Source of the DNA: Felis catus
Lineage: Eukaryota
Direction: 5' to 3'
Assembly (NCBI RefSeq): GCF_018350175.1
Contig: NC_058368.1
Location: 58,592,001-58,656,000, forward strand
Length of the DNA stretch: 64,000 nucleotides
Below the pieces are notes generated by a model that made no database searches, was not told the origin of the DNA, and worked only from the letters and a program-made list of their open reading frames with translations. This document shows positions 48,649 to 61,450 of the stretch, piece by piece. The position numbers and the translations under genes were made by a program. Position 1 is the first letter of the stretch. Each line of letters begins with the position of its first letter.

Positions 48649-49776
48649 GTCTATAGGAGTTAAGCATTCTGAACAGTTTTTATTCTTCATGCACACAATA
48701 ACATATAGTGCAATCTTTGTTCTAAATCATTTTCTTCAGAATGTCCAAGGAAGTACTCAGTTGTCTCTTGCATCTATTATTGCTGATATCTAATCTAGTT
48801 CAATGTCATTCTGATTCTTATTCCTTTATGTTTTTTTGATATCTAGAAGCATTCAAACCATTATATGTAAGTTATTTTTCATCAGTTCTTGTCACTGAAC
48901 CCTTTTAAACAGAGTCAATTTTTCTCCCATTCTAGAAAATTACTGACCATTATTTTTTCATTATTTCCTGTTTCACACTTTTCTTTTCCTCTTAGACTTA
49001 TATTATACAAACCTTAGACCTCTCCATTTATTTTTACATGTCTTTTCCCTCATAATTTTCTCTTTATTTTTCATTTTGTTCCATAATCTTGGAGGTTTCT
49101 TGATTTTCAATGTATTTAGTCTTTGTGTTCTTATTATATTTCAACGATATTTCAACATAATGCTTTAACATTTAAGAGTTCAGTCTTAATCCTTGATTTT
49201 TCCATTTCTGTAGTATTTTCCTTTGTTTAATAACTAAAGTTTCTTCACAAATATCTCTGAGTATAATAATTATAGAGATTCTTTTTTATCTTGTGTTGTT
49301 TTAGTTATGTAATATGTATATTCTTGTATGTCTTAGTATTATAATTAGCTTGGTATTGTTTTTATTCTTTTCTGTTTGTTTGTTTTCTTTATTAATTTTA
49401 CCCATGTTTCTCATTCCCTGCAAATGGTTGCTGGCCCTTTATTGACTTAGGACACAGAATATTGCTTAGGACACATAATGCTCATAACTTAGATGGGTTT
49501 GATCTGACGGTAGGTAAGATTGTTTTATCAGTGGTAAATTTGACTATAGGCTTTTTTGGAGCAAGACAGGCCTCTGACAGAGGCCCTCTATTTTAATCTA
49601 TGGCAGAGTCATCCAGAGGAAAATTAGTTTTCTCTGTAAATTGCATCTATGTTCTCTAGAGAAAAATAACATGAAATATGTCTTGGGAAAAATAATAGGT
49701 GACAGCTTTTTGGCACACATGGACTAGAAAGGGCCAATCAAGTCTTTAGTTTGTTTTAATTTTTGCCATGTTTTGG

Positions 49777-50300
49777 TTTTAACAGCTTTATTGAGGTAGA
49801 ATTGAGGTGTCACATACAGCACATATTTAAAGTTAATACATATGATTTGGTAAGTTTTTACACTTGCATACACCTATGAAGATAGCACCACAATCAGTAT
49901 AGTGAACATACTCTTCTCTTCTAAAAGTTTTTTGCAAAAGTTACCTTATGACAATCTGTGTAATCTCCATTTCCTCCCTACACAAGCAACCACTGACTTG
50001 TTTTCTGTCACTATATAATTAACTTGAATTTTCTAGAATTTTACATCTATTGGAATTACATGATATGCTCTCTCTCTCTCTCTCTCTCTTCTCTTCTCTC
50101 CCTCCCTCCTTCTCACTCTCACTCACTCTCTGGTCTGGATTCTTTCACTGAACATAGTTATTTTGAGAGGTCTTTTCATATTCTGCATAAAATATAAGTC
50201 CATTATCAGATACATGATTTGCCAAAATATTCTCTGAATTGGTAGCTTGAGAATATCTTGGGTGAAATCCAAATATATTTTTTCCATTTATGATCATGCA
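49777..50300 (-). mobile_element. L1MA/L1MB-type 3' end
   Basis: TTTAACAGCTTTATTGAGGTA, AGCACCACAATCA and GCAACCACTGA...TTTCTGTCACTATA are typical antisense L1 3' UTR motifs. Confidence 0.8.
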
Positions 50301-50350
50301 TTTTCAAGCCATTCTCACCTCTTGAACTTCAGTATTTACTCTTGACCTTG

Positions 50351-50400
50351 GCAATACGTGGTCATACGTTGCAATACCTGGCAATACTTGGTTATACCTT
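50351..50400. repeat. Degenerate 10-bp minisatellite (GCAATACNTG) x5
   Basis: gcaatacgtg/gtcatacgtt/gcaatacctg/gcaatacttg/gttatacctt. Confidence 0.75.
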
Positions 50401-51101
50401 GGAAGCCAGGATATCTCCAATCCCAACCAATAGGTCACTTTCTAACTTCTGTGCAGTTTCCTCTAAGTATACCCAGGGATGTGGCTTGTCCATAATCAAG
50501 ACACTTCAATACTTTTCAATTATCTGAAATGTTAAAATATTCTATTTACTGGTTTAAGCTCCATTTTTTTTTCATCCCTACCCCTTATATATGCTTTTAG
50601 GAAAGTATTTGTTCTCTTATAACTTATATTCCTTTTGTATTCTTTTCCATTTGTAGTGCATTTATACTCTTAAATGAATAATATCTCAGAGGTACAAAAG
50701 GAGTACATTTAAGGTTACTTTGAATTTTTACATAAAATTGAAAATACTTGCATGTGTTAACATTTGGTGTGAATTTCTTTCCTAAGCCTTGACTAACAAA
50801 TCTTCTGCAACCCATTCACACTAAGAGCAATTTGGAGAATGTTTACATTTTCATATTATCACTGTCTAGCAAAAGTAGTGGATGTTAATAAAAATTGGGT
50901 GAATATGATTTGTTGAAAAGAGATATCTATGATAAATATTATTTGCAATTCATCTAAAATTGAAAAACAATGACTAAATAAGTAACTGAATGAATGAGTA
51001 AATGAATGGATGATACTATACACAACATACACCATCGCTTGGCCTTTTTTGTACTGTTTCTTAATTCTTTTCAATTAATATTAAATATGACATTTTGTTA
51101 T

Positions 51102-51324
51102 TTTTTAATTTTTTTTCTTTTTTTAATGTTTTATTTTTGAGAGAGAGAGAGACAGAGTGTGAGCAGGGGAAGGGCAGAAAGAGAGGGAGACACAAAATCT
51201 GAAGCAGGCTCTAGGCTCTGAGCTATCAGCACAGAGCCCAATGTAGGGCTTGAACCCACAAACTGTGAGATCATGACCTGAGCTGAAGTTGGACACTTAA
51301 CCGACTGAACCACCCAGGTGCCCC
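51102..51324 (-). mobile_element. CanSINE
   Basis: TSD CATTTTGTTAT at 51091-51101 and 51325-51335. Confidence 0.95.
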
Positions 51325-51349
51325 CATTTTGTTATGTCCTATAACAGTA

Positions 51350-52150
51350 GTTATATGAGTTCAATGCATATTCAGTTAAACCTTCCTAGATGCCAGGGAC
51401 TAGGTTACACCCAAGAGTATAGGAAAGGACAAATAATTCCCCATTCTTTGTAGTTCTTACTCTATTGAACATGGAAAAGAAAAAAGGAATATTTAAATTA
51501 AAGACAGATGTTACTTAAAATAGCTTAAGTGTTAGGAAACCATAAAAAACATAGAAAGTGAAAGTGTCTGAAGTTGTCAGACTTTACAAAGAGACTAGGG
51601 CAGAGATCCCAACATGAGGTTGAGTTTGGTCAAAATAAGGCCAGGAAAACTGTAGGTAGGTTTTGAGGAGTTGGTATCAGTTGTTGCAAATCAACAGGGG
51701 CCAGATTATGTAAAACCTGGTCAACTACTTAGTAATTTAGATTATAAATAGAAAGTAACCATAGAGTATCAAGCAACAAGTAATGTGACATGAATGATAT
51801 TTGAAAAAAAAAATTATCTCCTTGTAAAGTAAAACCTGGGAAACCAATTGAGGGGGGTTGAAATAACCCAGAAAGAAAAAAGAGCTGGAAATAAGGTTGT
51901 AGAGGTAAAGATGGGAAGAAATGGGTAGGTCAAGGTATGCTTAAAGTTAGAATTGAGATCTGATGATGGTTTGGATGTGGGTGGTAAAGTAAAGAGAGAA
52001 ATGGAAGATGATTCTTACTGTTTTGGCTTGAACGATTTGATGCATATGATTTTCTCATGTGAGGAATATTAGGATTTGGGAGCAAGTTTGCATCTTTACT
52101 GGTATAAACTCAAGAGCTCTGTTTTTCACATGTGGGTGATGAAGTCTGCA
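51350..52150 (-). mobile_element. L2 relic
   Basis: GGGGCCAGATTATGTA, TGATGGTTTGGATGTGGG and TTTTGGCTTGAAC are typical antisense L2 motifs. Confidence 0.7.
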
Positions 52151-53060
52151 ACTCAGGAGGAGGTGCAGCATTTTTAGTTACTTGTTTTGGGCTTTCAGAT
52201 GACAAGAACTTTAGACAGTGTTAAATTGTCGCTAATTGCTAAGTTTTGCATCTACATAGACACAGATGTAGACTCACACAGAGACACAGATATTTGCACA
52301 CAAACACAAAACATACGTGTATCCTCATGGAGCTTTCACTCAGTACATGCCAGAACATGTTGACTCCATTAGAAAAAGAAAACTAGGGAAGTACATTTGT
52401 AATTTCAGTAAGATTTAACTTGGTTGCTTGTTGCCTAATTTTAATTTAGAAAGGCACATAAAGAATCTTCTTTTCCATATTTCCATACGGTCTTCAGATG
52501 CATGGGTGGTATTTTTTCAGCTCTTGGCTCATTTCATCCTCCTGAGGACCAGAGTGTAATTTTCCTTGTTTGTAAATTGATGTAAGCATAAAACATGTTT
52601 CATCCTTTTAAAATAATTGTGTCTATTTCTGTATTTCTTTCCTGGCCCACAGCCTTTTTCTCATGAATTTACCTAACTCCAAAACAATGGAGCAGCTCAA
52701 CTCTTTTCTGTGCTGCTGTATTGGAATCCTGCTCCTCCCATCTTCCATGCATGTAATTTTTTGTGGTCTTTTAGAACAGCAGAACAACTGTCTTTGTCTA
52801 TTTTTAAGGTTACCTTTTGCATTTTATTAATTTTTTCTACTTTTTGGTTTTATTTTTTAGTGAATTTGACAAGGAAGGAACAATGTTGGGAAGAGATAAT
52901 AGAGGATTCAGGAAAAGATTTTGAAAAGTGAAAAGTAATATCACCATCATGAATCTTGATAATTTTAGTCAAGGGAGATTTTTAAGATGTTAACATATTT
53001 CTCTAAACTAAAAAATATATGAATTACATTGCACTTTATCTTTTGTGAAGAATTTCATAC

Positions 53061-53280
53061 AATTTTTTAATGTTTATTTTTGAGAGAGAGAAACAGAGAG
53101 ACAGAGAGACAGAGCATGAGCAGGGGAGGGCAGAGAAAAAGGGAGACACAGAATCTGAAGCAGGCTTCAGGCTCTGAGCTGTCAGCACAGAACCTGATGC
53201 GGGGCTCAAACTCATGGACTGTGAGATCATGACCTGAGAGGAAGTTGGACACTTAACCGACTGAGCCACCCATGCGCCCC
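53061..53280 (-). mobile_element. CanSINE
   Basis: TSD AAGAATTTCATA at 53049-53060 and 53281-53292. Confidence 0.96.
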
Positions 53281-53318
53281 AAGAATTTCATATATGTGTG
53301 TATATGTATGTGGATATG

Positions 53319-53978
53319 TAGTCAATCATCATTATTGTCATTATTCATAAATTCTAAATTTCCAAATTTGCCAACACACTAAAATGTATTTTTAATCTGA
53401 AAACCAATACTTGTGGCATTTTTGTGGTCACTCGTGGATATGAACATGCACAGAAGAGTGAAAACTTTGAGTTGCCTAGCACACACACAGCCAGATGAGG
53501 TCTAACAAGGCATAGCTCTGTCTTTTTGTTTCAGCTCTCATATTGTAAACAAGTATCGTTTTATGGTGTATTTATTGTCATATTTTTCACTTTTCATGCT
53601 TTTTGTTGATATCACTGTTTAAAATGATACCTAAGCATAGAGGTAAAATGCTTTTTCCTGTTCCTAAGAGCAAGAAGGCTGTGATATGCTTTACAGACAA
53701 AATATTTGTGTTAGATAAGCCTTGCTCAGACATGAGTTATAGTGCTATTGGCTGTTAGTTCAATGCTAACGAGTCAACAGTATATATTTAAAAAGGTGTC
53801 TTTAAGCAAATACACATAAAACAAGGTTACTTATTGATCAGTCAACCAAAATGTATGACCAGTGGCTCACAGGAACCTATGTCTATTTTCTCCAAACAGC
53901 AATGGCTTTGTGTTCTCTAATTCAGCATTTTCAGCTACTCCATGGAACATAAGTACCACAAATAATGTGAATCATGTG
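53319..53978 (-). mobile_element. MER82-like non-autonomous Tigger element, full length
   Basis: TTTCAGCTCTCATATTGTAAACAAGT, TGTTCCTAAGAGCAAGAAGGCTGTGAT and TGTGTTAGATAAGC match remembered MER82; degenerate TIRs at both ends. Confidence 0.85.
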
Positions 53979-54039
53979 TGTGCATACACACACACAAAGA
54001 CCCACAGACACGCACTAGAACCTTGTATGGTTGTAAGAG

Positions 54040-54539
54040 TGTGGTAAGCAGAATAAGAATGATGTCTGTCTGCCCCAAAAGATGTCTATGCTTTAATTAC
54101 TAGAAACAGAAAGTATTAATGTTAAAAGGGACTCTGTTTGTTCAATTTAAGTAAGGACTTTGAAAAGGGGGAAATTATGCTAGATTAACTCGGTAAATCC
54201 AATGTAATCACAAGGGTCCCTAAAATGGAAGAGAGAGGCAGGTTGAGATATGACTACAAAAGAAATGGTCAAAGAGATGCAATGTTCCTGGCTTTGAAGT
54301 TGGAAGGAGGGAACCATAAACCAAAGAATGTGGGCAGTTGCTAGAAGTTGGAAAGGGCAGTGGAATAGATCTCTCCCAAAAGCCTCCAGAAGAAACTCAG
54401 CTTGACCAACATTTTGATGTTAGCTCACTGAGAACTATGTGGGACTTCTAATTCATAGAACTGCAAGATAACAAATCTGTGTTGTTATAAACCATTTTGT
54501 TTATGGAAATCGTTATAGCAGCAGTCAAAAACTAATGCA
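54040..54539 (+). mobile_element. MaLR solo LTR, MLT1D-like
   Basis: TGTGGTAAGCAGAATAA start; CAATGTAATCACAAGGGTCC; CTGGCTTTGAAG; end AGCAG...AAACTAATGCA. Confidence 0.88.
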
Positions 54540-54559
54540 AACTCATTTCCCTTGATCAT

Positions 54560-55850
54560 TCTCAATGTATATTTCTCTAACTCCACGGCTCTATTATTTC
54601 AAATCCAGATTTGTCTTTCATTTTCTATCCAGTCCTTAAATGGATAACCTTAGAGTAAACTACAGTAAAATTGCAACCTGTACTCTCCAGCATGTGGATG
54701 CTGTGTGATCAGATCTCTAACCTTTCTGAGAATGTCCCTCATTTCTGTACTTACTTAGTTTTCTGTCCTCTTATTTAATAAAACCCTGGGATTCATCCTT
54801 GGTTCTTTGAGGCTCTTATTCATTTAGTCCTCTCTTTGAGTGACCTAATTTCTCTCTTTTAATTATTGTGGATATGCTAAAGGATCTCTAAATTGCTTCT
54901 CTAGCACAGACCCGTCTTCTGAACTCCAAATTCATTATCCAACTACTTATTCAAAATCTTTATCTGTGTACATTAGAGACATCTCAAAATCAACATGGCA
55001 TCTGTACACATTTCCTGGTTACTTATCAGCTGTTACTCTATCTTTGTTTCTAGCAATGTCTTGTAGCCAGTTGCCAACAAAAGCTGATAGTCTTTCCTGG
55101 TCTTGTCACTTGCATTACCTGAGCAAATCTCACTGTTTATGTTTCTGAAATAATCCTCAAACATTAATCTTCTGCTCCACTTTTATGACCTCTACCGGTT
55201 ATTATGTTTCTAACTCAGAAAACTGTCAGAGCATCTTGTTTTTTCCTTGGTACTTTTCAAATCTATCTTGCACTGAATCACCAGAATAGTCTGCCTAAAA
55301 TTCGACTTTCACATTTACATTACTTGCTTCAAACTCTTCAGTGGCACCAGAGTGCCGATTCAATAGAAATAAAGTTTTTAAATAGGACATGCAACGCTTT
55401 CTCTGATCTGATTTCTGCCTACCTTTCAGTCCCTGTTTACTCCTTCACTAATGTTTCCCGTGTCACTAAACTGCTTACATGTTTCCATATGCATTACAGA
55501 CTTATGGACTCTCTCACCTCTTTGTTTTTCTTATGTCCCTTGGTTTACAATATCTTTTTATCAATATTGTTATTAACAATATTTGAACTTTTTTTTTAAA
55601 TAATACATTATAGTTTCCTCTGTCTAGAAACCTTTTCTTGACCTCTTCCCACTTCCCATTAGGCTCACCTAGGAGCTTCTTATCTCTGCACTTATCTGCC
55701 TGTAAAAATTACTATCATTATAGTTGTCACAACACGACATCATTTTCTGTCCTGTATCTGTCTCACTGATTAAATCATGGACTTTGTAAAAGTAAGGGCC
55801 CTAAATGATTCATCCTAGCACAACAGGATCTCAGTTTGTGAGGGAATGAA
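54560..55850 (+). mobile_element. L2 relic, ~1.3 kb
   Basis: CTTCTGAACTCCA...TCCAACTACTT, ACATCTCAAA.TCAACATG and CTTCAAACTCTTCAGTGGC are L2-like. Confidence 0.75.
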
Positions 55851-56405
55851 TATGTGATGGTCTTCTGGGGACATATTCTCTGTCTGTTTGATCTGGTGTG
55901 TTTGGTATGCCCTGTGTGTTTTAGTACAGAGATTTTACATGTTCTTTCTTCTTTCTACAAGCTGCTGCTTGCTCTACCTCATAACAATCAAACAAATAAA
56001 AAACAATGGAATGCAATTCAATAGTAAATTCTCTCATTGGACTTTTGTTAACATAACTTTTTCCTACTATAAATTCAGAAACAAATGATTTTTGTACATC
56101 AAAAAATAGAAATACACATGGCTAAATATGGTAGAAGCTTCTTGTCTGCATCCTCATTTTTAAACTCATGGGGAATTGAGTTATCTGTGATGCAACCTTA
56201 TCATTATACATTTCCTCAGAAGTCTGATTATAATGAATACTGGCCAAAGTCTTAGGAAAGTAGGTCTCTGTAACTATGAACATGTGTTTTCAATGTTAAA
56301 AAAATAAAAATAAAAACTTGTTAGTGTAGCAAAACTAATTAGATTGACAAATATGTTATAAAATTTCTAAAGAAAATGAGAAAGACTTACATTGAAATAG
56401 AGACA

Positions 56406-56596
56406 GAGGTACATTGGTGGCTAAGTAGGTTAAGCCTCCAACTCTTGGTTTTGATCTCATGGTTCATGAGTTTGAGACCCACATTGGGCCTTATGCTGAC
56501 AATGAGGAACCTGCTTAGGATTCTCTCTCTCTCCCTGTCTCTCTGCCCCTCCTGCATTCTCTCTCTCTCTTTCAAAATAAATAAACTTAAAAAAAT
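56406..56596 (+). mobile_element. Older CanSINE
   Basis: TSD AAATAGAGACA at 56395-56405 and 56597-56607. Confidence 0.9.
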
Positions 56597-56994
56597 AAAT
56601 AGAGACAAACACTATTACTCAAATCTAGACATAGCAGTTTATTCCACACTGATAAAGTTAGTTTATAAAATATAAGCATAGTCTAAATTATCCTTTAAAA
56701 TTTAAATAAATGATGATAACTGTTTCATTTGCTGATTAGAAGTTCTTATGAGGTTTACTTGTTTTGTCCATATTATTTATGTTGTGATTATTAACTCTAG
56801 AAAAGTGAGATCATATCTTCTTCCTATAGGAAAATAAGATTTTTCTAATTTTTCTGTTTATAAACTATAATTCAACTTTTTTGGATGCTATTTTTACCCA
56901 CTTTATTTTTCTGAAACAGTTGTAAGCCTCTCAGTCAATAAAATATTCTGAAAATCACAAATTTGATTGTTGACTTTTAGTCACATACTTCCAC

Positions 56995-57098
56995 AGAACA
57001 AATAAAAGCATTTTGACAAGACTCATCAGCTTATATATACCCAAATTATACCCTATTATATATATATGTATATATATATATATACATATATATATATG

Positions 57099-57134
<36 letters not shown>

Positions 57135-57392
57135 ATTTAGTTACCATGTCTATTGATGCTGAATATTCTTAATATTTGTAAATAATATTTCTATTATTAT
57201 AAATCTGTGCATCTGAATAAATTGTATTCATATACTTAATATATGGAAGGTCAACTTTCCTGTTATTGAATTTAAAGGCAGAGCAAAACACATTTTAATA
57301 TGTCAAAAAGGGTTAAGTGATTTAATACAAATTTAGATTTATTTAGAACAAATAAAAGCATTTTGACAAGACTCATCAGCTTATATATACCC

Positions 57393-57440
<48 letters not shown>

Positions 57441-57631
57441 AGTTACCATGTCTATGGATGCTGAATTTTCTTAATATTTGTAAATAATATTTCTATTATT
57501 ATAAATCTGTGCATCTGAATAAATTATATTCATATACTTAATATATGGAAGGTCAACTTTCCTGTTATTGAATTTAAAGGCAGAGCAAAACACATTTTAA
57601 TATGTCAAAAAGGGTTAAGTGATTTAATACA
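56995..57631 (+). repeat. Recent tandem duplication of unique sequence containing a (TA)n array
   Basis: Copy 1 at 56995-57329, 15-bp junction, copy 2 at 57345-57631; three substitutions outside the TA array. Confidence 0.97.
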
Positions 57632-58239
57632 CAAAATTTTAGGAATGATGTATTTTCTAGAATCAATCTTATGTTAACAAATTCTCAGTTTATCTTTTGT
57701 TACATTGTGAATTAAAAAAAATGTTCAGAGCATCTTTAGAACATCTTCACACTTCACACAGATACTATCATATTTTACTTAAACATATTTCATCAGGTTT
57801 TTTCTTACTCCTGTATAATATAAAGTCACAAAGTAAGAAAAATGTCACTAAATTAAGACTAATCAGGGGATTCAAGTAGCAGTGTTTTAAGAAAAAAGTT
57901 CTTTAGCACGGGAATCTTATTAAAGTTTATGCAGTGTAATTCAAGAGTTTTAAGTATGTTTGCAAAAGCAGTGGGAAGGGAATAATAGATGTAGATGACA
58001 AAACAAAGACAGAGAAGCAGTACAGTACATGAAAATTAGATAAGAGCTGGAGAAGTAGTTCAAACAAGTCTGAAATGTTTAATCTATAACATTAGTAGGA
58101 TTTTGGTAGCTGAAACAGAAATAGAGGCAGGAAAAATTGATATTATTAAGTGATTGGTTTGATTTTGTGAATATTAGATTGGATGTACCAATAACAGTGT
58201 TAACCTAGAGAAGTTTGTTTGACGTTATTAACTGATTAT

Positions 58240-58390
58240 GAGATAGAATTGGCTCCATTTTACTGAAGCAGAAAATGCCCCCCAGAGTGGTTAGGTCAAT
58301 TTCCTCAAGGTTACACAGGTATTTCTATAAAAGCTTGGAATTCAAACCCAGTCCGTCTGACACCATAGGCTGTACTTTCAACCACTCCTC
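58240..58390 (-). mobile_element. MIR within an L2 relic
   Basis: CCATTTTACTGAAG...CAAGGTTACACAG...GGAATTCAAACCCAG...AACCACT. Confidence 0.75.
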
Positions 58391-58864
58391 AATGGAGTGA
58401 ATAACATTAAAATTAAAAATTAATGAGAAAGAAAATGAGAACAAAGAGCAGAGCTTGGGAATTCCTACCCAAACCTCAAAAAAAGTACAGAAATTAGTGA
58501 GATCCGTGGAGAAGAGGCCCAGGAGTATGAGAAGAAATCAGAAAAGAACAATGTAACAAAAAAAAAGGGAGAATTGCCAGAATAAGACGATGGTCAACTG
58601 TATGAAATGTGGCAGTGTGCAATTAAAAGGGAAAGACAAAGTCAAGGAAATTAAATTTGGGGCTTGATTTTTATTATTAGTTTTTACTTAGGTAATTATA
58701 AATTGTAATAAACTACTATACTGTAGGTAAAACTGGGAAAGAAGCAAAAAAATAGACAGTAAGAAAATCAGATAGATAACTATAGACCTCACTTTCACCT
58801 GTGCTCTTGACCAGCCACTTTGGTTAAATTTTGCTCTTTTAATTGAAATTTCTTTCTGACTTGA

Positions 58865-59098
58865 CTCCTTCCTCCCTTCTTCCCTTCCTCTCTTCATCCC
58901 TTCTTCTCCTTCTCCTTCTCCTCCTCCTCCTCCTCCCCCTCCTCCTCCTCCTTCTCCTCCTCCTTCTCCTCCTCCTCCTCCTCCTCCTCCTCCTCCTCCT
59001 TCTCCTCCTCCTCCTCCTTCTCCTCCTCCTCCTCCTCCTCCTCCTCCTCCTCCTCCTCCTTCTCCTCCTCCTTCTCCTTCTCCTTCTTCTCCTTCTCC
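58865..59098. repeat. (CCT/CTT)n polypyrimidine microsatellite
   Basis: Uninterrupted C/T from 58897 to 59098. Confidence 0.97.
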
Positions 59099-59195
59099 AA
59101 TAAAATTTTAATTGGTTGGGGAATACTGATGGTAGGGAGGCACCAATATGGAGTGAGAAGAATAAGATTCTGTCTCCTAACCTACAGGTTGAAGA

Positions 59196-59909
59196 GGGGA
59201 TCCACTTGCACTGTTGGCAGGAATGTAATCCGGCACAGTCACTCCGGAAAACAGTGTGGAGTTTCCTCAAAAAATTAAAACTAGAACTACCCTATGACCC
59301 AGCAATAGCACTGCTAGGAATCTACCCAAGGGATACAGGAGTGCTGATGCATAGGAACACTTATACCCCAATGTTTATAGCAGCACTTTCCACAATAGCC
59401 AAATTATGAAAAGAGCTTAAATGTCCGTCAACTGATGAGTGGATAAAGAAGATGTGGTTTATATATACATTGATATACTACTTGACAATGAGAAAGAATG
59501 AAATTTTCCACTTGCAACAACGTGGATGGAACTGGAGGGTATTATGTAAGTGAAATAAGTCAGTCAGAGAAAGACAGGTATCATATGTTTTCACTCATAT
59601 GTGGAATTTGAGAAACTTAACAGAAGACCATGGAGGAAGGGAAGGGGAAAAATAGTTTCAAACAGAGAGGAAGACAAACCATATGAGACTCTTAAATACA
59701 GAGAACAAACTGAGGGTTGATGGGAGGGAGCTGGGGAGAAGGGGAAATGGGTGATGGGCATTGTGGACGGCACTTTTTGGAATGAGCACTGGATGTTGTA
59801 TGTAAGTGATGAATCATGGGAATCTACTCCCAAAGCCAAGAGGACACTGTACACACTGTAGGTTAGCTAACTTGACAATAAATTATATTTTAAAAACATT
59901 AAAAAATAA
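59196..59909 (+). mobile_element. 5'-truncated carnivore/felid L1 (ORF2 C-terminus and 3' UTR)
   Basis: Encodes HCWQEC...KTVWSFLKKLKLELPYDPAIALLGIYP...PMFIAALSTIAK; A tail; TSD ACA(G/A)GTTGAAGA at 59184-59195 and 59910-59921. Confidence 0.97.
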
Positions 59910-60043
59910 ACAAGTTGAAGATACAAGACTGTTTAATTCTCAGTGCTGAGACAAACCAAACTATTTATGAGAACTGAAATCATCTGTACCAAGTGTCACA
60001 ATTTCATGTGTGTGTGTGAGTGAGAGAGACTGAAAGGCTAGAT

Positions 60044-60230
60044 TCTAAATACTTTATAAGTTAGAGGCCAAAGAGTCTCTGTTGCAGCTACTCAACTCTA
60101 CCTTTGTAGTGCAAAAATAACCAAAGACAATGAGTAAATCAGTGGGTGTGTTCTAATAAAGCTGTATTGACAAAAAGAGGAGAAGGCCACCTCTTCCCCA
60201 GGAACTTTCCAAAAGACCCATGAAATCTTA
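60044..60230 (+). mobile_element. MER58-like hAT-Charlie relic
   Basis: GTCTCTGTTGCAGCTACTCAACTCT...TTGTAGTGCAAAA...TGTGTTCTAATAAA. Confidence 0.75.
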
Positions 60231-61247
60231 AATAGAAACTATTAAAGGACAGATTGCATCCCAACACTCCATGGATCCCTTGCATCAAAGCATACCTTCA
60301 CTGTGTCTCTCAGTCTCAAACTATTATATCATAATTGTTTCCTAATCCTAACTAAACATTGAAAACCACACATCAAATTTAACATTCAAATCTCATAAAT
60401 ATCCTAATTTTGACCTGGAAAAGTACTAAAACAGGACAGTGTTTTCCTTTACTGCTGAAACCAGTAAGCTCAGCTTGCTCTTCTCAACGGAATGTGTCAA
60501 TAGTATTAGAGGAGCTAACTTTTGGCACCTTCCTTGTGCCAGTTTATTTCTTACTTTGCTCATTCTTTCTTCTTTCTGGAATATATACTTGCCCTATCTC
60601 TTCATGGTACTATAGGCTCTTCAAGATGCCATTTGACTAATCGCTTCACTGTGGCTCCGTCCCTTATATTCCCTGATGAAGAGTCATTTCCCCATGACTT
60701 GGGGGAGAAAAGATCTGAGGAATTTGGAGTAAGGGAGATCTGGGTTTGAATATTGGGCTTGCCATCCATGAGTGGGGTGGTGTTAGACCTGCTTCTTATC
60801 ATCTTTCAGCCTCTTTTCCTCTTTTATAAAATGGCATCATTACACTCCACTTTACATGGTTGCCTAAGGGCTGACTGATATAGGGAAGTTTGTTCTTTAT
60901 ATATTGTGTTTCAAATGTGTGGCAGACCATTTCTATATAATTTGTTTGTATTTCTAAAGTTTTACCTATTTATAGGTATGAAACACATTTTGGGTTTTTT
61001 CCCAACAAATTTTATTATATTTAATCCTTTCTAATTTCTTAGACTATTTTATATAATTTTGGATTTTCTATTTGTTATTATGCTTCAGATACTAAATTTG
61101 CCTACCCACTGAACCAACTTTGCTAGGCTCATCTTTCATTCTATATAATAATATCTCAAAATATAAACAAAAGTTAATTTTTTAACAATCATGTGAATGT
61201 ATTTTCCTGAATTGCCTAATAGAAAAATTCTGTTAAATCATTTTCCC

Positions 61248-61450
61248 CTTTTCTTTTTTTAGAGAGAGAGCACAGTGCGGGAGAGGGACAGTGGAGAAAG
61301 GGAGAGAATCTCAAGCAGACTGAGGGAGAGAGAGAGAGCTCCACTGTCAGCTCAGTGCCTGACACAGGGCTCAATCCCATGACCCTGGGATCATGACCTG
61401 AGCTGAAATCAAGAGTTGGACACTCAACCAACAGAGCCACCCAGGTACCC
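61248..61450 (-). mobile_element. CanSINE
   Basis: Antisense core GATCATGACCTGAGCTGAAATCAAGAG...GCCACCCAGG; degenerate TSD TAA(A/C)TCATTTT. Confidence 0.92.

Larger units (their letters stand above)
47460..49450 (-). mobile_element. Ancient L1-related (L1ME/HAL1-like) fragments
   Basis: Long T-rich, strand-biased tract with old-L1-like motifs; boundaries approximate. Confidence 0.5.

Noticed and set aside
58839..59270. Poly-Arg, poly-Glu and poly-Leu ORFs
   Set aside because: Translations of the (CCT)n microsatellite in different frames.
59116..59409. 97-aa ORF with real protein similarity
   Set aside because: It is the C-terminal piece of L1 ORF2 in a 5'-truncated copy with stops, not a host gene.
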